Assembly (NCBI GenBank): GCA_963932905.1
Contig: CAWVRN010000023.1
Coordinates: 10,372-74,371 of the forward strand
Direction of reading: 5' to 3'
DNA from: an uncultured Bdellovibrio sp.
GTDB taxonomy: Bacteria > Bdellovibrionota > Bdellovibrionia > Bdellovibrionales > Bdellovibrionaceae
Length of the DNA stretch: 64,000 nucleotides
Shown here in pieces: positions 49,968 through 58,758 of this stretch (position 1 is the stretch's first letter; each line of letters starts with the position of its first letter). The position numbers were made by a program, and so were the translations under genes. The notes below the pieces were generated by a model. That model was not told where the DNA came from. It ran no database searches and saw only the letters and a list, made by a program, of their open reading frames with translations.

Positions 49968-50096
49968 AGGTAAAACATATAACTTTAGCCCAGGGCCGAG
50001 TCAATAGGTCCTACGGACTCCGGTCTTATATTTGGCGAGAATCAGGATAAAACCTCTTAAAGCCTGAAAAATTTAGTTATACTGAAAGGCAAAGGG

Positions 50097-51197
50097 GTGC
50101 CCATGCTAGAAGGACCTAAGATTCCGAATGAAAAAGAATTTGAAAAAGTGCTGGAGTTTCTAAACCATAAGCTGCGCCCCGAGCATGGTTGGTCTATCGA
50201 TAAAGAATATCCTACGGCACTTAATTTGGCCAATAGACATAATATGAATATCGTAGTCAGTGAAGATCGCGTTGTTTCCCATGCTGTATTAAAACCATTA
50301 ATCGTTAAATCGCCTCATCTAATTTATAAAGTCGGTGCTATTGGTTCTGTGGTGACAGATGAAGAGTTTCGCAACCAGGGATTGTCTCATAAGATTTTGA
50401 ACGAATCCTTAAATTTAGCCAAACAGCAAAACTGTGATGTGGCGATTTTGTGGACAAACTTATATGATTTCTATCGCAAGTTAGGTTTTGAATTGGGTGG
50501 TTATGAAATTTCACTCAGTTTCGAAAAAACAATGGCTTATGACTACACTCAGTATAAATATTCAAAAGATAAAAACGTCAGTGTGGAAGCCCTAGCCAAG
50601 ATTTATTCACAACACTCTGTTGCTACCATTCGTTCACAAGACGAATTTAGAAAGTTCTTATCAATTCCTAACACTCAGCTTTATACGATTTGGAATCTGA
50701 ACGGTACATTAGCGGGTTATGCTATTGAAGGTAAAGGCGCCGATCTAAGTAACTACATCCACGAATGGGGTGGTTCTGTGACGGCGATTAAGAATTTATT
50801 AGCCTATATCAGCCACGTTAAGAATCGTCCTTTTCATTTTATTGCCCCAAGACATTCTGTAAATCTAATCAACGAGCTTAGAAAGTACGCAGATTATGTG
50901 AATGAAGGGTATTTAGGAATGATTCGCATTACTAATTTTGAAGGCTTGGCGATGAAAATCAAAAAAGCGTTCCGTAATGTGGGTGTATCTGATTTCGTGT
51001 TTGAAAAAAATGAAGCCGGAATTTTATTTGGCTGCAATGGGGATTTATATACGATTGAGTCTGAAAAAGATTTGATCCCATTGTTGTTTGGGCCAATCGA
51101 TTTTGACACTCAGGATATTTTTAAGCCTGAGACCGCGCAAAAATTAAAAACACTTTTGCCATTACCACTGTGGATTTGGGGTTGGGATTCAGTATGA
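50097..51197 (+). CDS. GNAT family acetyltransferase (Eis-like)
   Basis: IGSVVTDEEFRNQGLS, FYRKLGF. Confidence 0.85.
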   Translation: MPMLEGPKIPNEKEFEKVLEFLNHKLRPEHGWSIDKEYPTALNLANRHNMNIVVSEDRVVSHAVLKPLIVKSPHLIYKVGAIGSVVTDEEFRNQGLSHKILNESLNLAKQQNCDVAILWTNLYDFYRKLGFELGGYEISLSFEKTMAYDYTQYKYSKDKNVSVEALAKIYSQHSVATIRSQDEFRKFLSIPNTQLYTIWNLNGTLAGYAIEGKGADLSNYIHEWGGSVTAIKNLLAYISHVKNRPFHFIAPRHSVNLINELRKYADYVNEGYLGMIRITNFEGLAMKIKKAFRNVGVSDFVFEKNEAGILFGCNGDLYTIESEKDLIPLLFGPIDFDTQDIFKPETAQKLKTLLPLPLWIWGWDSV

Positions 51198-51991
51198 AGT
51201 TTGTCTGTTTTCTGGCTGTATTTTTCGTTTTATCATCGTGCAATCAGAATAAAAAATTAGAAGAAGATTTAGGCGCAAAAGTCAGCGCTGACCAGTATGA
51301 AAAAGCAGTTGTCGAAGCTTGGGGTGACGATAATATTCTGACGATCAAGAAAGATGATTATGCTTACATTGAAAAAAGCATTTCATTGAATTATGGGCCA
51401 ATGCAAAAGTCATTTGGTAAAGCTATGACGGTGACAAGCATTGAAACCGAAGCCGATATCGTTAAACATCACCTAGTGATTCAATCAGAAGAAATTCAAA
51501 GCGGAACTCAGTCAAAGTTATCGTCTCGTGAACGCATTCTTTCTGTGAAGAAGGCGACGGCAGCATCGCAAGCACTGTCGACAACTGTTAAGCTTGAAAA
51601 CTTAGAAGACGAAATTCAAGCGACACCTTTTGAAAACTTTTTGGATACTTTGGGTTTATGTGCCGTTCAAACGATCGAGTGCTATAGTTTGAAAGTGGAA
51701 AACTTTGAGGAAGCGGTTCCAGCGGAAGTAGCTAACAACAACTGTCGTTCCTTTGAAGGTTGCAAATGGAAAGGTAAAAAAGTTTCCTTTGTCGTACGGA
51801 TTCCTTATAAAGAAGATGGATCTGACGAAGTTAAAAAGCAAAACAACATCATTTCTTTCAAGATCGTTCATAACATGCCTTACCTGTTCAAGATGGTAGA
51901 GTATTGTTTTGAGGGCCTTTCTGAATATCAAAACCAGAAATTCCCGGTCAAAGTCTGTACTCAAGTCAAAGATACGATTAAGGGACAATAA
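51194..51991 (+). CDS. hypothetical lipoprotein
   Basis: Start MKFVCF (ATGA overlap with the GNAT stop); lipobox LSSC; six further Cys. Confidence 0.75.
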   Translation: MKFVCFLAVFFVLSSCNQNKKLEEDLGAKVSADQYEKAVVEAWGDDNILTIKKDDYAYIEKSISLNYGPMQKSFGKAMTVTSIETEADIVKHHLVIQSEEIQSGTQSKLSSRERILSVKKATAASQALSTTVKLENLEDEIQATPFENFLDTLGLCAVQTIECYSLKVENFEEAVPAEVANNNCRSFEGCKWKGKKVSFVVRIPYKEDGSDEVKKQNNIISFKIVHNMPYLFKMVEYCFEGLSEYQNQKFPVKVCTQVKDTIKGQ

Positions 51992-52007
51992 TTAAAACTT
52001 AGGTCTA

Positions 52008-52035
52008 TTCAGTTTGTATCATTGCTAGCCGATCT
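52008..52035 (+). promoter_or_regulatory. sigma28-like promoter of FlaG-like gene (leaderless geometry)
   Basis: TTCAGTTT-N12-GCCGATCT, 8 nt before ATG 52044. Confidence 0.6.
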
Positions 52036-52043
52036 GGTTAGTA

Positions 52044-52418
52044 ATGAATATCAAGAGTGTGCTTAACCCTAATGCGATAAATTCGGTCAAGAATGTCGAA
52101 AGAGCGGAACGAACGATTCAATCCGATTCGACTCATGATCGTGATCCTAGTAGTAATTCTGGCTATGATCAAAATCGTAAAAATCAGCAACCTCTGACTG
52201 AAGAGGAAATCCAGCAAGCTTTAGATCATTTAAAAGGTTTACCTTTTGTGAAAGAGCATGGGTGGATCATTGAAGTGTTGACTGAAGGCAACCTCAGATT
52301 CGTGTTGGTGAAGGACTCGGCGGGTACATTAATTCGTCGATTTCCTGAAAGTGACCTGCGTACTTTGCCCGTGGATCTAGACGATAAAAAAGGTCAGCTT
52401 CTTAAAAAAACAGCCTGA
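52044..52418 (+). CDS. FlaG-like flagellar protein
   Basis: EEIQQALDHL...FVLVKDSAGTLIRRFPE resembles the FlaG V.D..GE.IRQIP motif; sigma28-like promoter. Confidence 0.55.
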   Translation: MNIKSVLNPNAINSVKNVERAERTIQSDSTHDRDPSSNSGYDQNRKNQQPLTEEEIQQALDHLKGLPFVKEHGWIIEVLTEGNLRFVLVKDSAGTLIRRFPESDLRTLPVDLDDKKGQLLKKTA

Positions 52419-52421
52419 ATC

Positions 52422-52437
52422 TGGCGCTGTTCCTGCA
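52422..52437 (+). promoter_or_regulatory. sigma54-like -24/-12 promoter
   Basis: TGGCGC-TGTTC-CTGCA with exact GG-N10-GC spacing, 14 nt before ATG 52452. Confidence 0.6.
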
Positions 52438-52451
52438 AAATTAAGTAAATT

Positions 52452-53573
52452 ATGAAATTTGGAGTACGTAAGTCGCTCTATAGTACATTTGCTGTGATTT
52501 TACTGTCATTATTTTTGACACCGATGACCTCTTTTGGAGACCCATTATCTTGTTATTTCTTCTATAATCCAAAAGCCCCCCAGCAGTTTATTCAAAATGC
52601 TAATCTTTCTGATTTAGCTCGCATACAAGGGGAGTGGTTTGAGATCGTTGTGCCTACTCAAAATGGCAATCGAACGAGTTTTGAGTACAAATTAGTATCT
52701 GACTGGAAACATGTCGAAGAGTCGTTTGAGGGTATTAATATTAACGATCGCGGTTTTGCAAAGGCAAAACTGGATGAATATGTAAAAGGTTTTCGAAATA
52801 TCACTCGCCACTTTTCTACGATTGCAAGAATATACGGTGCTTCGATGAAAACTCGAATTAAAGATATTCAATCTTTAAGAAATAAAATTATTGATCGCGC
52901 TAAAGACTATACCCTTGAAGGCAAAATTTTTACTTTCGAGCGACTCGATGATTTTATTGGTGTGCGATTGATGTTAGAACCAGATTCTGAATTGTTGGTA
53001 CCGGGCAATCCTCAAAGTCCTGATGTTCGTAGGCGTTTTAGGAATCAATTAGGATTTGGAAACGATCAAGCCATCGAAAAAATTGAATTCAAAGGTGGTA
53101 TTGAGGATCAACAAAAAGAGCGATTCTATCGAGCTGTTCATGTGACTGTACGAATGCCTGATGGAATTCCTGTTGAAGTCCAATTAATGTCTAAAAGTAC
53201 TGCTATCTGGCATCAGTGGGATCATCCCAAAGTGTACAAGGCAAAAACTGGAAATCCGGGGGAAAGGGCCAAGCTTAAATATTATTCGACCTTCTGGATT
53301 CGTTTAATCAATACCTTGGAAGATAACCGCGGCGCATTTGAACAAGCTCATGAAATATGGGCGTTGTTAGAACTCTACGGTTTTCCTGTTCAGCCGCGGC
53401 CCATGAGACTGGGCCCTGGTTGGTTCATGGACTTGGATAGTTCCATCGCTAATTGGCTAGCATTACCCGCTTCGGATCGTTTCTTGGGGCGCGAAAGTGC
53501 GCTGTCGCAGTCGGCCCAACGTCAGCTCTTCCGTCATCTGCTGGACTCTAGGAATTTTCACATTTCCAAGTAA
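52452..53573 (+). CDS. signal-peptide-bearing RelA/SpoT synthetase-domain protein (small alarmone synthetase-like)
   Basis: RIKDIQSLRNK, DDFIGVR, YRAVH, EVQL..W..W.H..VYK; N-terminus MKFGVRK + hydrophobic core + SFG/D. Confidence 0.85.
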   Translation: MKFGVRKSLYSTFAVILLSLFLTPMTSFGDPLSCYFFYNPKAPQQFIQNANLSDLARIQGEWFEIVVPTQNGNRTSFEYKLVSDWKHVEESFEGININDRGFAKAKLDEYVKGFRNITRHFSTIARIYGASMKTRIKDIQSLRNKIIDRAKDYTLEGKIFTFERLDDFIGVRLMLEPDSELLVPGNPQSPDVRRRFRNQLGFGNDQAIEKIEFKGGIEDQQKERFYRAVHVTVRMPDGIPVEVQLMSKSTAIWHQWDHPKVYKAKTGNPGERAKLKYYSTFWIRLINTLEDNRGAFEQAHEIWALLELYGFPVQPRPMRLGPGWFMDLDSSIANWLALPASDRFLGRESALSQSAQRQLFRHLLDSRNFHISK

Positions 53574-53664
53574 AAACAATAACATAAGACTTTTCTCTTG
53601 CATAATTTTTAATAACTATGCTAAACATCACATTTGCACCTGAACTCTAGAAGGAATTGGATTA

Positions 53665-54741
53665 ATGCTATATCAGTGGCTCTACTCGCTCAGTAACGAA
53701 TTTTCTGCCCTTAACATTTTCAGATACATCACAGTAAGAACTTTCATCGCTTTCTTTACCGCGTTTTTCTTAAGTTTAATTTGGGGACCTATTTTCATTC
53801 GTCGCCTGATTGAACGCCATTATGGACAATCGATTCGTGATGATGGTCCACAGACACATAAGAAGAAATCAGGTACGCCAACAATGGGTGGGGGCTTGAT
53901 TTTATTGTCTACGTTGATCCCATGTTTCTTGTGGGTTGATATGCGAAATCCATTTGTATGGGCAGTTTTGATTGTCACTTGGGGATATGGTGCTATCGGC
54001 TACATCGACGATTATTTAAAAGTAAGTAAGAAAAATACAAAAGGTTTGTCAGGGAAAATTCGCTTGCTAGGTGAGTTCCTAATTGCGGGCGTCACGTTGT
54101 ATGTTTTGATTACCTATCATGGCCTCTCAACAAATATCGTTTTTCCTTTCGTTAAAGGATTACAATTTGATCTAGGTTACTTCTATGTAGCATTCGGATC
54201 GTTAGTCATCGTAGGGACAGCGAATGCCGTTAATTTAACTGATGGTTTAGATGGACTAGCGATTGTTCCGGTCGTGATTTCTGCGACAACATTAGGTTTG
54301 TTTGCCTACGTAGCCGGACACGCAGGAATTGCCAACTACTTGCAAATTCCTCATGTTTCGGGTGCTGGAGAATTAACTCCGGTGGCCGCAACTATTGTGG
54401 CGGCTGGTTTAGGATTCTTGTGGTTCAATACTTACCCTGCCCAAGTATTCATGGGCGACGTGGGTAGTTTAAGCTTAGGTGGATTCTTGGGCTCTATGGC
54501 TGTTCTAACTAAGAATGAAATTTTGATGGTGATTCTTGGTGGCGTTTTCGTTGTCGAAGCACTCAGCGTGATCACTCAGGTCATTTCATTCAAGTTAACG
54601 GGTAAGCGTATTTTCAAAATGGCTCCGATCCATCACCACTTTGAACTTAAAGGTTTAACAGAAACTAAAATCATCGTGCGATTCTGGATTATCTCGATCT
54701 TGTTAGCAGTTCTAAGTTTAGCGACGTTGAAAATTAGATAG
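53665..54741 (+). CDS. mraY: phospho-N-acetylmuramoyl-pentapeptide transferase
   Basis: [40 protein letters not shown]. Confidence 0.98.
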   Translation: MLYQWLYSLSNEFSALNIFRYITVRTFIAFFTAFFLSLIWGPIFIRRLIERHYGQSIRDDGPQTHKKKSGTPTMGGGLILLSTLIPCFLWVDMRNPFVWAVLIVTWGYGAIGYIDDYLKVSKKNTKGLSGKIRLLGEFLIAGVTLYVLITYHGLSTNIVFPFVKGLQFDLGYFYVAFGSLVIVGTANAVNLTDGLDGLAIVPVVISATTLGLFAYVAGHAGIANYLQIPHVSGAGELTPVAATIVAAGLGFLWFNTYPAQVFMGDVGSLSLGGFLGSMAVLTKNEILMVILGGVFVVEALSVITQVISFKLTGKRIFKMAPIHHHFELKGLTETKIIVRFWIISILLAVLSLATLKIR

Positions 54742-54775
54742 TTGGTTTAAAAAATTAAAAGGCGAAAGAGGCTAT

Positions 54776-56164
54776 ATGTATAAAGAGTTATCGGAATTGA
54801 AAGACAAGCGTATCCTGGTTGTGGGTTTAGGAAAAACGGGCGTATCACTATGCCATTTCTTAACTCAGCATGGAGCGCAAGTTACTGTTACTGATCATAA
54901 ATCAAAACCAGAACTATCGGCTCAGTTAGAACCACTGGAAGGCATGCCTATCAAGTTTGAATTGGGATCGCATTCACCAAAAACATTCTTGCAACAAGAT
55001 CTGGTTATCTTAAGCCCGGGTGTTTCTCCTATCCTGAAAATCTTTGAATATGCCCGCAGTCAAGGGATTAAAATCACAGGCGAGTTTGAATTCGCGCAAG
55101 GTTTCATCAAAGAGCCAATGGTGGGCATCACGGGTACGAATGGTAAGACTACGGTCGCGCGTTTAGCAGAAGCAATGTTGAAAAACAGCGGTATCACATG
55201 CTGGGTAGGCGGATCGAATGAGCGTCCATTAACTGACTACTTACGTTTCAATGAAAAAGCACAAGTCGTGATCATCGAAGTTTCGGCGTTCATGCTTGAG
55301 CACACGGAAACGTTCAATCCGTCTAATATCGTATTCACAAATTTAGCGGAAAATCATTTAGATCGTTATCGTTCGATGGAAGAATACATCAATGCTAAAC
55401 GTCGCGTATTCCGAAACACAAATCAAATGACAACATCAATCTTGAATGCAGATGATAACGCCGTTGTTGAATTAGCGCGTGATCCGGCGGTTCAACGTGG
55501 TAAGATCTTCTATTTCTCTCGTAAGCAAGCATTAGAACCACAAATTATGAATATCGGTGGTGCTGTAAACATCACGGACGAAGTTCGTGTTCGCACAGGC
55601 CCTGATGTAGAAGTATTTTCTGTTAAAAACATCAAAATGCGCGGTAAACACAGCATCGAAAATGTCATGGCTGCGTTACTTGTTTCGCGTGAGCATGGAG
55701 CTACCAAAGAAGCGATCCAAAAAACGATCGATACATTTGAAAATTTACCTCACCGTATTGAATACGTTCGTAAAGTTCGTGGTGCCATATTCTACAACGA
55801 TTCAAAAGCAACGAACGTTCACGCGGTATTGCGTTCATTGGATACTTTCGATGAAAACGTGATTTTGATCATGGGTGGTAAGGATACCAATCTAAACTAC
55901 GAACCATTAAGAAATATGATCAAACGCAAGGTCAAGACTTTGATCCTGGTCGGTGAAGCCAAAGAACGAATTAATCGCGAGTTGGGCGATTTTTCGGAAA
56001 CTTTTTTGATCGGTACTTTTGAGGAAGCGGTGTTGATAGCATTCCATAAGACTAGGATTGGCGATATCGTATTGCTAAGTCCGGGTTGTTCATCTCATGA
56101 TATGTTTGATAGTTACGAGGAACGCGGAGACTACTTCAAACAGATTATTAAGAAGTTCCAATAA
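54776..56164 (+). CDS. murD: UDP-MurNAc-L-Ala--D-Glu ligase
   Basis: GLGKTG, ITGTNGKTT, HLDRY, NDSKATN, LLSPGCSS.DMF. Confidence 0.97.
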   Translation: MYKELSELKDKRILVVGLGKTGVSLCHFLTQHGAQVTVTDHKSKPELSAQLEPLEGMPIKFELGSHSPKTFLQQDLVILSPGVSPILKIFEYARSQGIKITGEFEFAQGFIKEPMVGITGTNGKTTVARLAEAMLKNSGITCWVGGSNERPLTDYLRFNEKAQVVIIEVSAFMLEHTETFNPSNIVFTNLAENHLDRYRSMEEYINAKRRVFRNTNQMTTSILNADDNAVVELARDPAVQRGKIFYFSRKQALEPQIMNIGGAVNITDEVRVRTGPDVEVFSVKNIKMRGKHSIENVMAALLVSREHGATKEAIQKTIDTFENLPHRIEYVRKVRGAIFYNDSKATNVHAVLRSLDTFDENVILIMGGKDTNLNYEPLRNMIKRKVKTLILVGEAKERINRELGDFSETFLIGTFEEAVLIAFHKTRIGDIVLLSPGCSSHDMFDSYEERGDYFKQIIKKFQ

Positions 56165-56232
56165 TCAGTTTTGATATAGACGTTTCCTTATCTATCTTAT
56201 AATCTATTTAAGACAAATATAAGGAGACGTCC

Positions 56233-56565
56233 ATGTTATCAAAAAGGAATTTGGTAGGGATTGTAGTAGCAAGCACAGTTCTATTTTCAGGTTGTTCAAC
56301 CACCTATAAAGCCAGACAAGAAGAGAAAACTAAAGTGGCCGCAACCACAGGTCACTATTGCGAATTCGTTAACGGCGATGCTCACAACGACGTCGATGTT
56401 GAGTTAACTCTGCAAATGACAAAAAAATGTGATTTAAATAAACCTTACACAATGACTAATTATAAAAATGCGTCTGATATTTTCGGTATCGTTTATTGCT
56501 GCAATTACCAAAAAGGTAAATCACCAGCTGCATCCAGTGCAAAACCTGTGGATGGGTTAGATTAA
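56233..56565 (+). CDS. small Cys-rich lipoprotein within the dcw cluster
   Basis: AAGGAG RBS; lipobox FSGC; four additional Cys. Confidence 0.8.
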   Translation: MLSKRNLVGIVVASTVLFSGCSTTYKARQEEKTKVAATTGHYCEFVNGDAHNDVDVELTLQMTKKCDLNKPYTMTNYKNASDIFGIVYCCNYQKGKSPAASSAKPVDGLD

Positions 56566-56571
56566 AACTAA

Positions 56572-57669
56572 ATGCTAAGAGCGTTATCGTCGAACCTGTT
56601 TCTAGCCATGCTAACACTAGTAGGGCTAGGAATAGTTCAAGTTTATAGTTCTAGTTACATATTTGCCTTTGAAAATTATGGTGATGGATTGTTTTTTCTA
56701 AAAAAACAAATCTTGTTTACCATGATCGGTTTTATTGCCTTTTTTGTAGCTTTCAAAATTCGTTTAGAGTGGTTTGAGAAATTAAGCTGGGTTATGTGGG
56801 TTGTTTCAATGTCGTTAGTGGCATTAACATTAATCCCAGGTGTCGGCGTTCGAGTTGGCGGCGCTATTCGCTGGATTCAGTTGCCGTTTGGGTTTCGTTT
56901 TGAACCAGCTGAGTTATTAAAAATGAGTTTGATATTTTTCCTATCGACTATTTTATTTTCTGAAAAAAATTGGATTAGCCAACGTAGTTTGGTGGCTCGA
57001 TTTGTATTACTAGCAGCTCCGTTTGGAATGTTGTTGAAGCAGCCTGATTTCGGCAGCTTTATGATTCTTTTTGTCACGACAGTGAGTTTGTTATTCTTAT
57101 CAGGTTTATCGTGGAAGTGGATTGCGGGTGGTGCCGCTGTTTCGATGCCAGCATTTTATTTTCTGGTGATGCGTGTCGATTACCGCCGTGCCCGTATTGC
57201 TGCCTTTTTGGATCCATGGTCGGATCCAGAACGTAAAGGATTTCAGGTAATTCAATCCATGTTGAGTTTTCATTCTGGTGGTATCAGTGGTGCAGGATTA
57301 GGAAATGGCCAAGGAAAATTGTTCTTTCTTCCTGAAGCACATACGGATTTTACGTTAGCTGTCTATGGGGAAGAGCTAGGTTTTATAGGTTTAGTTATTT
57401 TAATGAGCTTATATGCTTATATTGTATTTCGTATTTTTCAAATTGGAATTCTAACTAAGTCTGCTTTTTACAAATCAATATGTATTGGCAGTGGTGTTTT
57501 GTTTGGTTTGAATTCACTTATTAATGCAGGTGTGACTATGGGATTATTCCCAACTAAAGGATTAACGATGCCGTTCTTAAGTTACGGCGGTAGTTCATTA
57601 GTGGTATTTATGTTTTTGTTCGGTGTGCTTGTTAACATCGAGAAAAATACGGAAAGAAGTTTGAATTGA
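56572..57669 (+). CDS. ftsW: SEDS peptidoglycan polymerase FtsW
   Basis: GAIRWI, KQPDFG, FLDPW, LPEAHTDF, PTKGLTMPFLSYGGSS. Confidence 0.96.
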   Translation: MLRALSSNLFLAMLTLVGLGIVQVYSSSYIFAFENYGDGLFFLKKQILFTMIGFIAFFVAFKIRLEWFEKLSWVMWVVSMSLVALTLIPGVGVRVGGAIRWIQLPFGFRFEPAELLKMSLIFFLSTILFSEKNWISQRSLVARFVLLAAPFGMLLKQPDFGSFMILFVTTVSLLFLSGLSWKWIAGGAAVSMPAFYFLVMRVDYRRARIAAFLDPWSDPERKGFQVIQSMLSFHSGGISGAGLGNGQGKLFFLPEAHTDFTLAVYGEELGFIGLVILMSLYAYIVFRIFQIGILTKSAFYKSICIGSGVLFGLNSLINAGVTMGLFPTKGLTMPFLSYGGSSLVVFMFLFGVLVNIEKNTERSLN

Positions 57670-58754
57670 AAACAATAATTATCGCCGGTGGGGGAACAGG
57701 TGGGCACATTTATCCCGCCCTCACCATTGGCAAAGCCGTCCAAAATCTAAATCCTGACTTAAAAGTTGAATTTGTTGGAACTCCAGATGGCTTAGAATCC
57801 AAAATTATTCCTAAACATGGATTTGTAATTTCTTTTATTTCCGTTGGAAAGTTAAACTACAAAGGTGGTTTTTTTAGAAAATTGAAAACTGTATTCCAGC
57901 TCCCTTGGGCATTTGTAAAATCGTTGGCCTTGGTTATCGAAAAGAAACCTATTTTAGTTTTAGGCGTCGGTGGATATGCTTCAGGACCATTTGTTTTAGC
58001 TAGTTCTGTTTTAGGTATTCCAACAGCATTGTGGGAACCAAATGCTCATCCCGGCATGACAAACCGAATGCTAGCTCGATTTGTCCGCAAAACATTTTTA
58101 GTTTTTGATGAAAGTCGAAAACATATGAAGGCAAAGAAGTTTGAAGTTCTGGGATTACCAGTCCGCGAAGAAATTGAAAAACTGAACTTGCTTGAACCAA
58201 AAAAAGACGACGAAAAGATATTTAAAATTTTAGTGTTTGGTGGGTCTCAGGGGGCGCGTGCTATCAATAACTGCGTTGCCGAAATGGTTAAGACAAACTC
58301 ACTGGATAGTATTGAAATTGTCCATCAAACGGGTCCACACGATTTTCAAAATATCAAAGACGCCTACGGTGAACAGCCTAATGTAAAAGTCATGGAATAC
58401 CTGTACGATATTGAAACCTACTATGTTTGGGCTGATTTAGTGATTTGCCGCGCGGGAGCCGGTACCCTGGCCGAATTGGCTGCGGCTAAAAAACCAAGCA
58501 TTTTGGTTCCACTGCCGTCGGCGGCTGATGATCATCAAAAAAAGAATGCAATATCCCTAGTTAATAAAAATGCGGCTTGCTTAATTGAACAAAAAGATTT
58601 GACCCCGGCAGTTCTTTTTAATTTAATCGGAGAGCTTCGCGGACAACCTGGGCTATTAAGAAAAATGAGTGAAAATGTTCAGCAGTTTTATCAGCCACAG
58701 GCGGCAAGAAAGATCGCGGAAAAGTTAATTAATCTGCAATTTGATAACGAGTAG
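57666..58754 (+). CDS. murG: MurG GlcNAc transferase
   Basis: GGGTGGHIYP, GGSQGA, RAGAGT, DHQKKNA. Confidence 0.97.
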   Translation: MKTIIIAGGGTGGHIYPALTIGKAVQNLNPDLKVEFVGTPDGLESKIIPKHGFVISFISVGKLNYKGGFFRKLKTVFQLPWAFVKSLALVIEKKPILVLGVGGYASGPFVLASSVLGIPTALWEPNAHPGMTNRMLARFVRKTFLVFDESRKHMKAKKFEVLGLPVREEIEKLNLLEPKKDDEKIFKILVFGGSQGARAINNCVAEMVKTNSLDSIEIVHQTGPHDFQNIKDAYGEQPNVKVMEYLYDIETYYVWADLVICRAGAGTLAELAAAKKPSILVPLPSAADDHQKKNAISLVNKNAACLIEQKDLTPAVLFNLIGELRGQPGLLRKMSENVQQFYQPQAARKIAEKLINLQFDNE

Positions 58755-58758
58755 TCTG

